Source: a virus
IMG/VR virus record: IMGVR_UViG_3300037486_000490
Coordinates: 28,501 to 92,500 of that record
Direction: 5' to 3' (one strand)
Length of the DNA: 64,000 bases
A program made the position numbers and the translations under genes. This document shows, in pieces, positions 28,575 through 37,119 of the stretch. How positions within the stretch are numbered: the first letter of the stretch is position 1; every line of letters starts with the position of its first letter. The notes under the pieces are model-generated. The model searched no databases, was not told where the DNA came from, and saw only the letters and a program-made list of their open reading frames with translations.

Positions 28575-29015
28575 CTAATCCTCCTCGTCCTCCTCAAAAT
28601 CTTCTTCATCATCATCATCGAAAGGTTCCTCAGGCTCACATCCGGGTATAGTATCCAGGCGGGACAAGTCTATATATCGGGGATTGGTAATCTGGAATCC
28701 GCCGGATATCTCATCGATTTTCATCATCGTTGAGAGTATGGTGATAGGGGAGAAGATGATTATGGGAAAGGTGAGCAGAGTACGGTTCTTATCTCTTATT
28801 ACGCTATAGATGGCATCTTCCTTAATGAATGGGGCTGGAAAGTAGGGTAAGGAAGAGGATACCCAGTCCAGGATAGAATCGTCAGGTCTGCCATTACGCA
28901 TCAGCTGATCCTTGATAGTCTTACCCATATTACGAGAAACCTGGATAGCTATCGTAAAGTTCTTACGATTGAGGATATCCTGCGCATTCGCCATCACAAT
29001 CTTACTTGCTCGCAT
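28575..29015 (-). CDS. Hypothetical protein with acidic tail
   Basis: ORF coupled to the upstream wHTH gene; ends DDDDEEDFEEDEED. Confidence 0.55.
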   Translation of the reverse strand: MRASKIVMANAQDILNRKNFTIAIQVSRNMGKTIKDQLMRNGRPDDSILDWVSSSLPYFPAPFIKEDAIYSVIRDKNRTLLTFPIIIFSPITILSTMMKIDEISGGFQITNPRYIDLSRLDTIPGCEPEEPFDDDDEEDFEEDEED

Positions 29016-29403
29016 CTGTTATAGAGAATTTACCAAAAGGTTTTTCCAAATAGTATTTCAACTTATACTCAAAGGCTTTCCGGTCCTTATTGACGTAATA
29101 CCGCTCAAGTATTATCGGGATATCCGCGATGCTATAGTCTAACCTTCCTACAAGGATTATAAGCCCCGCGCGCGTGAGGCGGTCAAGGGACTTGTCCAAC
29201 GTCCTTCTCCCCAGTCTCAACTCCCTCTCCAGCGCTCTCTTGCACAGGGAGATCCTGTTCTTTCTACTCCTTCCTACCAGCAGCAGCATCTTCTCAAATA
29301 CTGCTGCATCATCGAGCGTCCATTGAGATTGAACATGCTGAAGCTCACTGAAAGCTATAGACAAATTTAAGCTTTTATGCATAATATTATGTTGAATAAA
29401 CAA
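29002..29403 (-). CDS. Winged-helix protein (repressor candidate; start uncertain)
   Basis: KRALERELRLGRRTLDKSLDRLTRAGLI HTH pattern; divergent from 29492. Confidence 0.5.
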   Translation of the reverse strand: MFIQHNIMHKSLNLSIAFSELQHVQSQWTLDDAAVFEKMLLLVGRSRKNRISLCKRALERELRLGRRTLDKSLDRLTRAGLIILVGRLDYSIADIPIILERYYVNKDRKAFEYKLKYYLEKPFGKFSITDASK

Positions 29404-29441
29404 CCATTGTTGATAACTAACGCAATTTAAACAGAATAATA

Positions 29442-29473
29442 TTTGGTTTGTATAAACCTATCGTATATATTTG
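29442..29473 (+). promoter_or_regulatory. Bacteroidota sigma-A promoter
   Basis: TTTG (29442)-N20-TATATTTG (29466), the canonical -33/-7 arrangement. Confidence 0.7.
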
Positions 29474-29491
29474 CAACGTAAAAATTGATGA

Positions 29492-29740
29492 ATGGACATA
29501 CCAATTAAAGAAAAAAGAAACAGTCTCCTGGTGATAAGACTCACCGAGAGCGAAATGCAAATAGTACGAGCTTTTAAAAAGTCCAATCAGTTGATCAATA
29601 TATCTCATATTGTTCGTGAACATCTGCTTAAGGTAATTGCCGAGTGTACAAATGTACAACTTTCCGAAGAGAAATCCTCAACAGGAAATTCCAAGGACTG
29701 GATATGGATCAATCCTATCGAGGTAGTAGCCAATAAGTAG
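29492..29740 (+). CDS. Ribbon-helix-helix-like DNA-binding protein
   Basis: LLVIRLTESEMQIV...NISHIVREHL fits the RHH pattern. Confidence 0.6.
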   Translation: MDIPIKEKRNSLLVIRLTESEMQIVRAFKKSNQLINISHIVREHLLKVIAECTNVQLSEEKSSTGNSKDWIWINPIEVVANK

Positions 29741-29773
29741 AAGTACGGTTGCCATTCAGTTCTTTGACATGTG

Positions 29774-29871
29774 GGTATCGGTTGTCTCGCTCTTGAGTGA
29801 GCGAGGGGACCAGGAGGACAAACCGGTGCGAAGACCACCGCAGCGCAAATAGGGCGAAACCCTTCAATACC
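29774..29871 (+). ncRNA. Putative structured RNA (multibranch)
   Basis: Three hairpins (CTCGCTC/GAGCGAG, CGGTG/CACCG, AGGG/CCCT) closed by GGTAT/ATACC. Confidence 0.4.
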
Positions 29872-29903
29872 GAACGATGATGCTAATTAACGAAAATTTA
29901 TAC

Positions 29904-29934
29904 AAGAGAGGGGGTTAACTCCCCCCTCTTCTTT
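29904..29934 (+). terminator. Intrinsic terminator
   Basis: AAGAGAGGGGG...CCCCCCTCTT hairpin followed by CTTT. Confidence 0.6.
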
Positions 29935-29945
29935 AAAAGATTCTG

Positions 29946-30218
29946 ATGGTAAAAACCTTATTGACAATAGGCAACCGGGTCATGGTAACCTGGGGACAAC
30001 CCCACTTCGATTACCTGGAACCAAACAAACTTAAGGACCTTAAGCCGGAGCTGGTAGGGAAGGTTGGAACTATTCTGGACTTTCACCCTATGAAGGGGTA
30101 CAAGGTGCTGATAGACACTTCTCTTCCGATAGCAGGCAATAACCTCTTCTGGTTCAACGCGAACTGTATACGTCGACTCTCCTTCATAGAGAGCGTTATC
30201 GACTGGATAAAAAACTAA
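29946..30218 (+). CDS. Hypothetical protein (SH3/KOW-like)
   Basis: IGNRVMV...VGKVGTIL...YKVLID beta pattern. Confidence 0.5.
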   Translation: MVKTLLTIGNRVMVTWGQPHFDYLEPNKLKDLKPELVGKVGTILDFHPMKGYKVLIDTSLPIAGNNLFWFNANCIRRLSFIESVIDWIKN

Positions 30219-30227
30219 ATCAATACA

Positions 30228-30497
30228 ATGACTGAAGATGCATTTACAAAACCCCGGGTCATCATCTTCCCGGGGATCCCCGATAAGACCGGCGGATACC
30301 GAACCTTGAACAACAAGCCTCTTGCGCACAGGACGGCTTTTTATTGCAAGGTCATAAAAGGTGATGAGAACATGGGCGAAGTGTTCACTCCCGAAGAGAT
30401 AGACTATATCATTAAGGACTATGTAGTGAACAAGCTCAACAAGGAATTGGTGAGTAAATCTTTGAGGGATATTATCGTCCATATAAACAACTCATGA
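30228..30497 (+). CDS. Hypothetical protein
   Basis: ORF in operon orientation with an A-rich leader. Confidence 0.5.
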   Translation: MTEDAFTKPRVIIFPGIPDKTGGYRTLNNKPLAHRTAFYCKVIKGDENMGEVFTPEEIDYIIKDYVVNKLNKELVSKSLRDIIVHINNS

Positions 30498-30763
30498 GTA
30501 TCAAACATCTTATGAAAGATCTACTTCCTTCCGACCTTCCTTTTCCAAAAAAAGCTGACGACCTCATTGGGCGGGTTATTCCATGTCCCCACCCCAATTG
30601 TGGTACGATGCTGGATATAGGAAGCGGAGGAGTAGAACATTTTGGACATCGTCACATATTCAAGATGAGTCTGGAGGAGCTGTTTCAGATGACCTTATGG
30701 GGTAATAAGATAGATCGCCTGCTATGGTTTGGCAATAAAACACAATCTCATAATAACACTTAA
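30494..30763 (+). CDS. Hypothetical protein with CPHPNC motif
   Basis: ATGA overlap with the previous gene. Confidence 0.5.
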   Translation: MSIKHLMKDLLPSDLPFPKKADDLIGRVIPCPHPNCGTMLDIGSGGVEHFGHRHIFKMSLEELFQMTLWGNKIDRLLWFGNKTQSHNNT

Positions 30764-30822
30764 AGATGGCAAAGAAAACAAAAGGCAAGGGTAAAGGCAA
30801 AAGTTGCTGACCCTTTGGTAAA

Positions 30823-30896
30823 TGCGGGGTGGTAGTAGTGGTTAACTCGCGAGCCCCATAAGCTCGAGATCGTAGATTCGAATTCTACCCCCGCAA
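30823..30896 (+). tRNA. tRNA-Met(CAT), atypical
   Basis: TGCGGGG/CCCCGCA acceptor; CGAGC-CCCATAA-GCTCG anticodon arm; GTAGA-TTCGAAT-TCTAC T-arm; C at position 33. Confidence 0.8.
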
Positions 30897-30911
30897 CTAA
30901 GATAAATATGT

Positions 30912-31415
30912 ATGAGTAAACGAGCAGCAAAAATAGCAATAGAAAAAGGATTTTACATTGATGATGCTGGGGAGGTATGGATCAATGGACGTCCTAAAGT
31001 CACTTCCCTTCGTAAAGGGTATAAGCGATTTACTATTAGGGATGCAGAAAGCAGAATGATTCCAGTTTTAGTACATCAACTACAAGCACTCCAGACGTAC
31101 GGAGATGAGTACTTAAAACTTGGTGTTGTAGCCAGACATCTTGATAATAATCCTCTTAACAATTTTAAAGCAAATATTGCCATTGGCACTGCCCACGATA
31201 ATGCAATGGATAATCCAAAGGAGGATAGGATAGCCCGGGCAACTCATGCTGCGTCTTTTAATAGGGCATTCACTGATAGCATAGTTGCTGATATCAAACG
31301 GGATAGAATAGACGGTATGACCTACAGACAACTCATCTTGAAGTACAATACTTCAAAGGGTACGTTGTCTTTCCTGTTTAACTTTTCAAGTTACTACAAA
31401 CGAATAGAAGTATAA
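30912..31415 (+). CDS. HNH homing endonuclease
   Basis: VLVHQLQA...VARHLDNNPLNNFKANIAIGTAHDNAMD plus C-terminal HTH; sits between two tRNA-type genes. Confidence 0.85.
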   Translation: MSKRAAKIAIEKGFYIDDAGEVWINGRPKVTSLRKGYKRFTIRDAESRMIPVLVHQLQALQTYGDEYLKLGVVARHLDNNPLNNFKANIAIGTAHDNAMDNPKEDRIARATHAASFNRAFTDSIVADIKRDRIDGMTYRQLILKYNTSKGTLSFLFNFSSYYKRIEV

Positions 31416-31420
31416 TGGTG

Positions 31421-31488
31421 ACCCTCTTAGTTTAATGGTAGAATCCCGGTTTAGCTGGGAGATGCGAGTCCGACTCTCGCAGAGGGTT
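31421..31488 (+). ncRNA. tRNA-like RNA or pseudo-tRNA with a collapsed anticodon loop
   Basis: ACCCTCT/AGAGGGT acceptor; D-arm GTTT-AATGGTA-GAAT; CCGGT-TTA-GCTGG; T-arm GCGAG-TCCGACT-CTCGC. Confidence 0.6.
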
Positions 31489-31506
31489 CTAACTAAATCA
31501 ACAAAA

Positions 31507-32043
31507 ATGCAAATTTTACTTGACATGGATGGAGTCCTCTCGGACTTTACATCCGGCGCACTTGATGCGCTGAATAAGAAATACAACAAGCGCCATACAA
31601 TTGTCTCCTACGCTGCTGATTATGGCAAGTGGGACATAGCATCGCTATACGGTATAACGGACAAAGAGTTATGGTCAGTTATTAAACAGACCGAGGGGTT
31701 CTGGATGAGCTTAAAGCCACTTCCATGGTTCAGGGAGCTCTACGCTGCTCTTGCAGAGAGGGGAGAGGTGACCATACTCACTACCCCGTCCTGGGATCCT
31801 GATTGTGCTAAACAGAAGCTCCAGTGGTTGAAGATGTATCTGGGAGTGAACTCTGAGGCGGTGATGATGGGTGCTCGCAAGGAGCTACTGGCTGGTAATG
31901 GGTTACTGATAGATGACAGCGAGGCTAACTTCAAAAGGTTCATCATTGCCGGTGGTGATGCGGTGTTGGTACCGAGCAACTGGAACACGATAGAGATAAG
32001 TTTCCTTGATGTGTGGAACGAGATTGAAAGGGTGATGGGATGA
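31507..32043 (+). CDS. 5'(3')-deoxyribonucleotidase (HAD, NT5C family)
   Basis: LLDMDGVLSDF, FWMSLKP, ILTTP, KLQWL, LLIDDS. Confidence 0.88.
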   Translation: MQILLDMDGVLSDFTSGALDALNKKYNKRHTIVSYAADYGKWDIASLYGITDKELWSVIKQTEGFWMSLKPLPWFRELYAALAERGEVTILTTPSWDPDCAKQKLQWLKMYLGVNSEAVMMGARKELLAGNGLLIDDSEANFKRFIIAGGDAVLVPSNWNTIEISFLDVWNEIERVMG

Positions 32044-32330
32044 GCGCAGAATTATACAGACCTATAGAATTAACTTTTCCAGGGTATCGTGATCCTATTA
32101 CCGGATTGTGCTACACCTTGGATGGTAAGAGACAATTGACTCCTGGAACTAACAAGTACACTTTGTATTTTGGAGAAGGCATAGTGCTATCTCCGGAGGA
32201 GACGAGTTTCCTTGTTAAAAAGGTAACAAGACTTGAATCGCACTACAGAGCTATAAATCATGACGTTCAGAGACTCGCAACATTATTGCGGGATAATGAA
32301 TATAACGGTATGAGGGATATTTTGCTATGA
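32040..32330 (+). CDS. Hypothetical protein
   Basis: ATGA-coupled ORF. Confidence 0.55.
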   Translation: MSAELYRPIELTFPGYRDPITGLCYTLDGKRQLTPGTNKYTLYFGEGIVLSPEETSFLVKKVTRLESHYRAINHDVQRLATLLRDNEYNGMRDILL

Positions 32331-32572
32331 GCTGGTTCATTATTACTACCGACACTGGTACGATATATATGGGTGAGGAGAACATGAGATTGTTTGATAA
32401 GGCTTGTAAAGAGTATGTTGCTCAATTAAAACAAGAAGAGGAGATGAAGAACTATACAGGAGTGAAGCAGAAAGCAGAGTTGGAGAAGATGATAAGAGAG
32501 TACGGTCAGTCTGCCTGGTATAGAAGGTTATGGAGATATATTCAAATGAGTTTAAAAATACACAAGATATGA
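32327..32572 (+). CDS. Hypothetical protein
   Basis: ATGA-coupled ORF. Confidence 0.55.
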   Translation: MSWFIITTDTGTIYMGEENMRLFDKACKEYVAQLKQEEEMKNYTGVKQKAELEKMIREYGQSAWYRRLWRYIQMSLKIHKI

Positions 32573-32808
32573 GCACAGTAGAAGAATTAAAGCGGGAGTA
32601 TGTAGAAGATCTGATAAGTAGACCGCATACAGCGATAGAGTACAGGGTAGCTCTGGACGATCTGCTGCATAAGCTGCTCCCGAACTCTCAGGAGACTGAG
32701 GAGTTTGCACGGAAGAGATATCCTGCGGGAGCAAGTATGTATATGTTAGGCAAGCAGGTAGGTATTATGAGGGGAGCCTCATGGATACGGGAAAAGATAT
32801 TCGGTTAG
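32569..32808 (+). CDS. Hypothetical protein
   Basis: Start MSTVEEL overlaps the previous stop; followed by a terminator. Confidence 0.5.
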   Translation: MSTVEELKREYVEDLISRPHTAIEYRVALDDLLHKLLPNSQETEEFARKRYPAGASMYMLGKQVGIMRGASWIREKIFG

Positions 32809-32831
32809 TTTCATAGTTGTTGATTAGTTGG

Positions 32832-32861
32832 AAAGCGCCCTCAGAGATGGGGGCGTTTTTT
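32832..32861 (+). terminator. Intrinsic terminator
   Basis: AAGCGCCCTC...GGGGGCGTT followed by a T-run. Confidence 0.75.
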
Positions 32862-33137
32862 ATCTTCATTTGTCACGTTATTGATGACAGAAACGTGACA
32901 TTCATGATGCAGAATGTAGTTTACAAAGTGTTATACCCGAAGTGGTATAAGTGTGGGGGATTGTGGAAAATCTATACCCGATCGGGTGAGGTGGTGGAAA
33001 AAATTATCCGGAAAATTTTTAGTGGAAAAATTTGTAGTCGGGGAGTGTGTTGAGAGGGTACCTCCTTCCCGACTCCCCCCCTTTAGTTTGAGAGCGGATA
33101 CCCCGTCCTCATTCTAAACCACGCTAAAATTACGACC

Positions 33138-33416
33138 ATGTCAAAAATCTATTCAGTTATTCAGATTGAAGCTGCACGCAGCTTTGAAAACGGTTCAATG
33201 CAGAGAGCTATCCTTATGGATGCAGAAGGCAACACCACGCATAAGTACTATCCTGAAGGCACACGCACTGTAGGAGAGATAGTCATGCTGCAGGATAGCA
33301 CATACGAAGGAGCACCATGCTTAAAGCACGTTGCAGTCGTTGATGCCGCTCTGCTCACAGCTATGAAGGCTGCCAAGGGTAACCTGACCAAGACAGCAGC
33401 ACAGCTCGTCTTCTAA
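33138..33416 (+). CDS. Early hypothetical protein
   Basis: First ORF after the long non-coding region; followed by a strong hairpin at ~33422-33463. Confidence 0.65.
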   Translation: MSKIYSVIQIEAARSFENGSMQRAILMDAEGNTTHKYYPEGTRTVGEIVMLQDSTYEGAPCLKHVAVVDAALLTAMKAAKGNLTKTAAQLVF

Positions 33417-33827
33417 CATACAGCACACAAAGCAAGCGCTTCGCGCTTGCCTTGCTGTGTGCTACACCATACCACTAATCACATATGGAACGCTGGATCA
33501 TTTACCTCGGACTTTACATGACATGGGCAGATTATCTGCTCTGGGACAGAACTTAGCTGAGTGTTTGAGTAACGCTCTGTAACAAATGGGAGACACACCG
33601 CAACCGGGCGACGGATGGGTGTGACCGAGTGGTGCGCAGGTCTGGACAACCTGTGTTCTCCCATTTTATATTACCAGTCCAAACATCACATATTTATATC
33701 ACTCTAATACTATTTTATCCAATTATGTCAAAATAGTATCATTGATAACCGTACAGTCGGTACACCCTGGGTGAAGAGCTTGAGCCACTTATCAATGTTT
33801 CCTTTGCAACCAACTAAATCAACTAAT

Positions 33828-34049
33828 ATGATAAAGTTCTTAAAAATAACACTTGTAGTATTAATTGTAGCTCTGATACTGCTTACAATTAATATGCTGG
33901 TAACAATTCTCAATCCCAGCAATTACCAGCGTATAGAAGCAGCCAAGAAAGATGGACGCTGGGAGAAATTTGAAACATGTATTGAGTATCATCCAAGCGA
34001 CTACGTATGTGACAGCTGTTGGAATGCTATCATACTCCAAAAGAAATAA
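33828..34049 (+). CDS. Small membrane-anchored Cys-containing protein
   Basis: MIKFLKITLVVLIVALILL TM segment; CxxC near the C-terminus. Confidence 0.55.
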   Translation: MIKFLKITLVVLIVALILLTINMLVTILNPSNYQRIEAAKKDGRWEKFETCIEYHPSDYVCDSCWNAIILQKK

Positions 34050-34272
34050 TCATGGAAGAGATTAAGTCACAGTTAACCCACCTAACAGTAGGGGAGCTTG
34101 AAGAGCTTGTAAAGTTTATCAACAAAATGCTCATAGCTCGTATCTTCCAAAGACAATCGCCCTTGCATCAGCTCTAATGCGTCACGCGTAGTGATAGCCA
34201 CTGTCTGGTGTAGGGCATTTATACCAGGTCGATGGGCTCATAACCATTGTAATGACGAGATCCTGGTAACAT

Positions 34273-34406
34273 GTTGAGATGGCGAAATAGGGAACCGCTA
34301 ATAATGATGTATGTCAGACCCAGGACAAGGTGATAGCTTGAACTCATTATTAATTATCTGAAAGTCTTAAAGATAAATGCAGGTTCGAATCCTGCTCTCA
34401 ACACCA
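34273..34406 (+). ncRNA. Class II (Leu-like) tRNA-like RNA with an expanded anticodon domain
   Basis: GTTGAGA/TCTCAAC acceptor plus A-CCA; GCAGG-TTCGAAT-CCTGC; long variable arm; 9-bp stem TAATAATGA/TCATTATTA enclosing 36 nt. Confidence 0.75.
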
Positions 34407-34426
34407 ACTAACTAAACTAATATGCG

Positions 34427-34591
34427 ATGGAAAAAGAAGTAATCAAGCTTGTCACCATATCCCTGTGTGACAGCTGCACCAAGAGTGAAATATGTGCACT
34501 CACACCTGAACAGCAGGAATTAATACCAGTACGTACATGCTCATCACATGTAGCAATACCTGAAATTGATGATGATACTGTTAAATTATAA
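34427..34591 (+). CDS. Small Cys-rich protein (54 aa)
   Basis: MEKEVIKLVTISLCDSCTKSEICAL...RTC, manually translated. Confidence 0.45.
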   Translation: MEKEVIKLVTISLCDSCTKSEICALTPEQQELIPVRTCSSHVAIPEIDDDTVKL

Positions 34592-34932
34592 TTGCCATCC
34601 GACAGCCGGAACTGAAGTAAGTCGTATACTCGTATTCATCAAGAGTTTCACACTCGCTGGCAATTTACTTGGATTATTGCGAGTAATGCCTATGCTTCAA
34701 TAGCATACGGTATAGATCATAATCCTCTTTGACCACCTTGAGCTGGTGGTATATAAATAAGCTCCCAAATACGGAATGAATACCTGCCGAAATACGGATT
34801 TGTTCTGCTTATACCAGGGTAGCCTTGATATCAATGAACGGCGTTGACGTTGAAGCTTAATCTATCCCTGGTTATTTTATACCGATGCTTTAGCCATTGG
34901 TATTTTTGCTCATAGGTTAGGTTTAGGTTGGG

Positions 34933-34967
34933 GCATCGCATCTCCTTAGTGAGGTGCGATGCTTTTT
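34933..34967 (+). terminator. Intrinsic terminator
   Basis: GCATCGCATCTC...GAGGTGCGATGC followed by TTTTT. Confidence 0.8.
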
Positions 34968-34991
34968 GAAACTCATTAAACTCATATATAA

Positions 34992-35402
34992 ATGAAAAAA
35001 ATATTACTGATCGTAATGCTGGTTACGGTAACACTTGTTACAATAGCTCAACCCAAATATTTCATGGCAAATAATATCCGTGTATGGGATGGCGATACTA
35101 ATAAGGGTTACACCGAACTTCTACAGACTCTCGTCATCGAATTAGACGTAGCCAATTCCACAATTAAATTCCTTAATCAAAACTGGTATGAAGGCTATAG
35201 TGTACTCGGTACCCGGGACAGCTATGATATTACTGATGAAGAAGATGGTACTACCGGTCAGGTGTTTACCTATATAACTACAGATCTTCAATCATCAGTA
35301 TGTACCGTTGAATTTGTCTATTACTCAGACGACTCAATCTATATGTTCTGTGAAAAGATCAAAGAGTGCAGACGCTGGGCTTATAAACTAACAGAATTAT
35401 GA
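34992..35402 (+). CDS. Secreted beta-rich protein (paralog of 35872-36291)
   Basis: Signal peptide ...VTIA|Q. Confidence 0.65.
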   Translation: MKKILLIVMLVTVTLVTIAQPKYFMANNIRVWDGDTNKGYTELLQTLVIELDVANSTIKFLNQNWYEGYSVLGTRDSYDITDEEDGTTGQVFTYITTDLQSSVCTVEFVYYSDDSIYMFCEKIKECRRWAYKLTEL

Positions 35403-35674
35403 AAAAAGCATTTCTCCTATCCCTTCTAACAGTCTTATTCACATTCTCCTGTGATAAACCTGCCATTATCTGCTATCACTGTAGAATCTATGTAATAAAA
35501 GACTACTGTGATCATCAGGAAACCTATATCCTTGATGACGAGCTGAGATGTGAAGGCTGGACAGAAGCAGACATTAAAGCATATGAAGTTAAAACTACAT
35601 ATGTTTTAGAGGAGAAATGCTTTTATCTGACTCAAGTATGTAAATGTGTAAAAGAAAAAATAGAACTAATCTAA
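35399..35674 (+). CDS. Cys-rich lipoprotein
   Basis: MKKAFLLSLLTVLFTFS|C lipobox; several Cys pairs. Confidence 0.7.
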   Translation: MKKAFLLSLLTVLFTFSCDKPAIICYHCRIYVIKDYCDHQETYILDDELRCEGWTEADIKAYEVKTTYVLEEKCFYLTQVCKCVKEKIELI

Positions 35675-35680
35675 ATAACA

Positions 35681-35875
35681 ATGAAAAGAACAAGAAGCAA
35701 AAACTTTGCTGTGGATGTGCCATGCGGTAATGAGAAGAATATAGTTACTCGTACCTGGTTCTACACCCATAAAGTCGCACGTACCTATGCTGAGTATGTA
35801 AATGGCAGATTACGTGTGAAAATCACACAAATAACTCCGGATCACAAACCAGTGACTGAAACTGTCAGCGTATGA
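35681..35875 (+). CDS. Hypothetical protein
   Basis: Coupled to the next gene by ATGA. Confidence 0.5.
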   Translation: MKRTRSKNFAVDVPCGNEKNIVTRTWFYTHKVARTYAEYVNGRLRVKITQITPDHKPVTETVSV

Positions 35876-36291
35876 AAAAGCTGCTCATCACCCTTGTTAC
35901 ACTGCTACTTACTGTAGTAGCAGTTCAGTCACAGACTATTTCAATTTATAAATGTTACTCAGTTGCTTTTATATTTAATGATAATTCAACTCCTAAAACT
36001 GATAAAGTCAGTTTTTATATAGAAGTAAATTCATCTACTCAGACAGTTGTGTTTAAAGATGGAGAAAATACAAAGTTCTTTCTAACACAGTTTATTGGAA
36101 AACAAACAGATGTGGACTCAGACGGCGATATTTATGTTCAAAGAGAGTTTAAGGCTGTTGATCAAGATGGTGTTAAATGTACTTTCATCATAGCTGTATA
36201 CAGTTATCTTCTACCCAATGTTACTATGTTTATGGTAGACTATCCAGGCGCTGGAAGTATTGCATGGGGAACAAATCAAATAAACAACTAA
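35872..36291 (+). CDS. Secreted beta-rich protein
   Basis: Signal peptide ...AVQS|Q. Confidence 0.65.
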   Translation: MKKLLITLVTLLLTVVAVQSQTISIYKCYSVAFIFNDNSTPKTDKVSFYIEVNSSTQTVVFKDGENTKFFLTQFIGKQTDVDSDGDIYVQREFKAVDQDGVKCTFIIAVYSYLLPNVTMFMVDYPGAGSIAWGTNQINN

Positions 36292-36309
36292 TTAATAATA
36301 CCTGACTTC

Positions 36310-37119
36310 ATGACAAATTTACAAATCTTCAATTATCAAGGCAACAATGTAACATTCCATGATGAATCCGGAATAATTTACATTAATGCAACACAGATGG
36401 CAAAACCATTTGATAAAAGACCCAATGATTATCTCAACTTACAATCTACTAAAGACTTAGTAGAGGTTTTACACGATACCATTAAAAATGGTAACGATGA
36501 TACTCAAGTAGTTACACTGGTTATTACAGAAAAAGGCGGTATTGAAGCTGGCGGTGGTACCTGGTTGCATGAAGATTTGGCTATTGATTTTGCTCAATGG
36601 CTAAGCATATCCTTCCGAGTATGGGTTAATGCAAGGATTAAAGAACTGCTTCAAAAAGGATATGTCAAGCTTGATGGACTTTCAAAAAAGGCAATAGCTC
36701 AAATGGTAATTGAGCTGGAAGAAGAAAAAGAACGGCTTGAACTGGAGAATTCACAATATCAGGATGCATTTACTATTGCCTCTCCAAAGATCATATTTGC
36801 AGATGCAGTAACAAATTGCGATGGGACTATCTCTATTGGTGAATTAGCCAAATTGATAAAACAAAATAACAGAGCCATTGGAAGAAACAGACTTTTTGAT
36901 ATTCTACGAAGAGCTCATATTCTTGATAAGAAAAATATTCCATATCAGGATTTTATGAACAGAGAGTGGTTCATTCTCAGAGAGTCTATTGTACAAAGTG
37001 GTGAAAACTATTCATTTCCAAGACTTACTGTACGTGTAACCGGTAAAGGACAACAGGCTATTATAAGAATGTTCCTTGATAATGGAAAAGTAATTGACCC
37101 TTTAATTAAAGCAGCATGA
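36310..37119 (+). CDS. KilA-N / ANT antirepressor-like protein
   Basis: INATQMAKPFDKRP...GTWLHEDLAIDFAQWLS (KilA-N); PKIIFADAV...IGELAK...GRNRLF...VTGKGQ (ANT). Confidence 0.9.
   Translation: MTNLQIFNYQGNNVTFHDESGIIYINATQMAKPFDKRPNDYLNLQSTKDLVEVLHDTIKNGNDDTQVVTLVITEKGGIEAGGGTWLHEDLAIDFAQWLSISFRVWVNARIKELLQKGYVKLDGLSKKAIAQMVIELEEEKERLELENSQYQDAFTIASPKIIFADAVTNCDGTISIGELAKLIKQNNRAIGRNRLFDILRRAHILDKKNIPYQDFMNREWFILRESIVQSGENYSFPRLTVRVTGKGQQAIIRMFLDNGKVIDPLIKAA

Noticed and set aside
29374-29397. dif-like XerCD site (GCATAA TA TTATGTTGAAT)
   Set aside because: Only 2 nt between the arms instead of 6; better explained as one of the 15-bp operator-like boxes.
31421-31488. Ochre (TTA) suppressor tRNA and stop-codon reassignment
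   Set aside because: A 7-nt loop requires breaking the D-stem spacing. Long genes read intact in the standard code and TAA, TAG and TGA all end genes.
32817-33053. 78-aa ORF
   Set aside because: Non-ATG start, runs across a terminator and a repetitive non-coding region.
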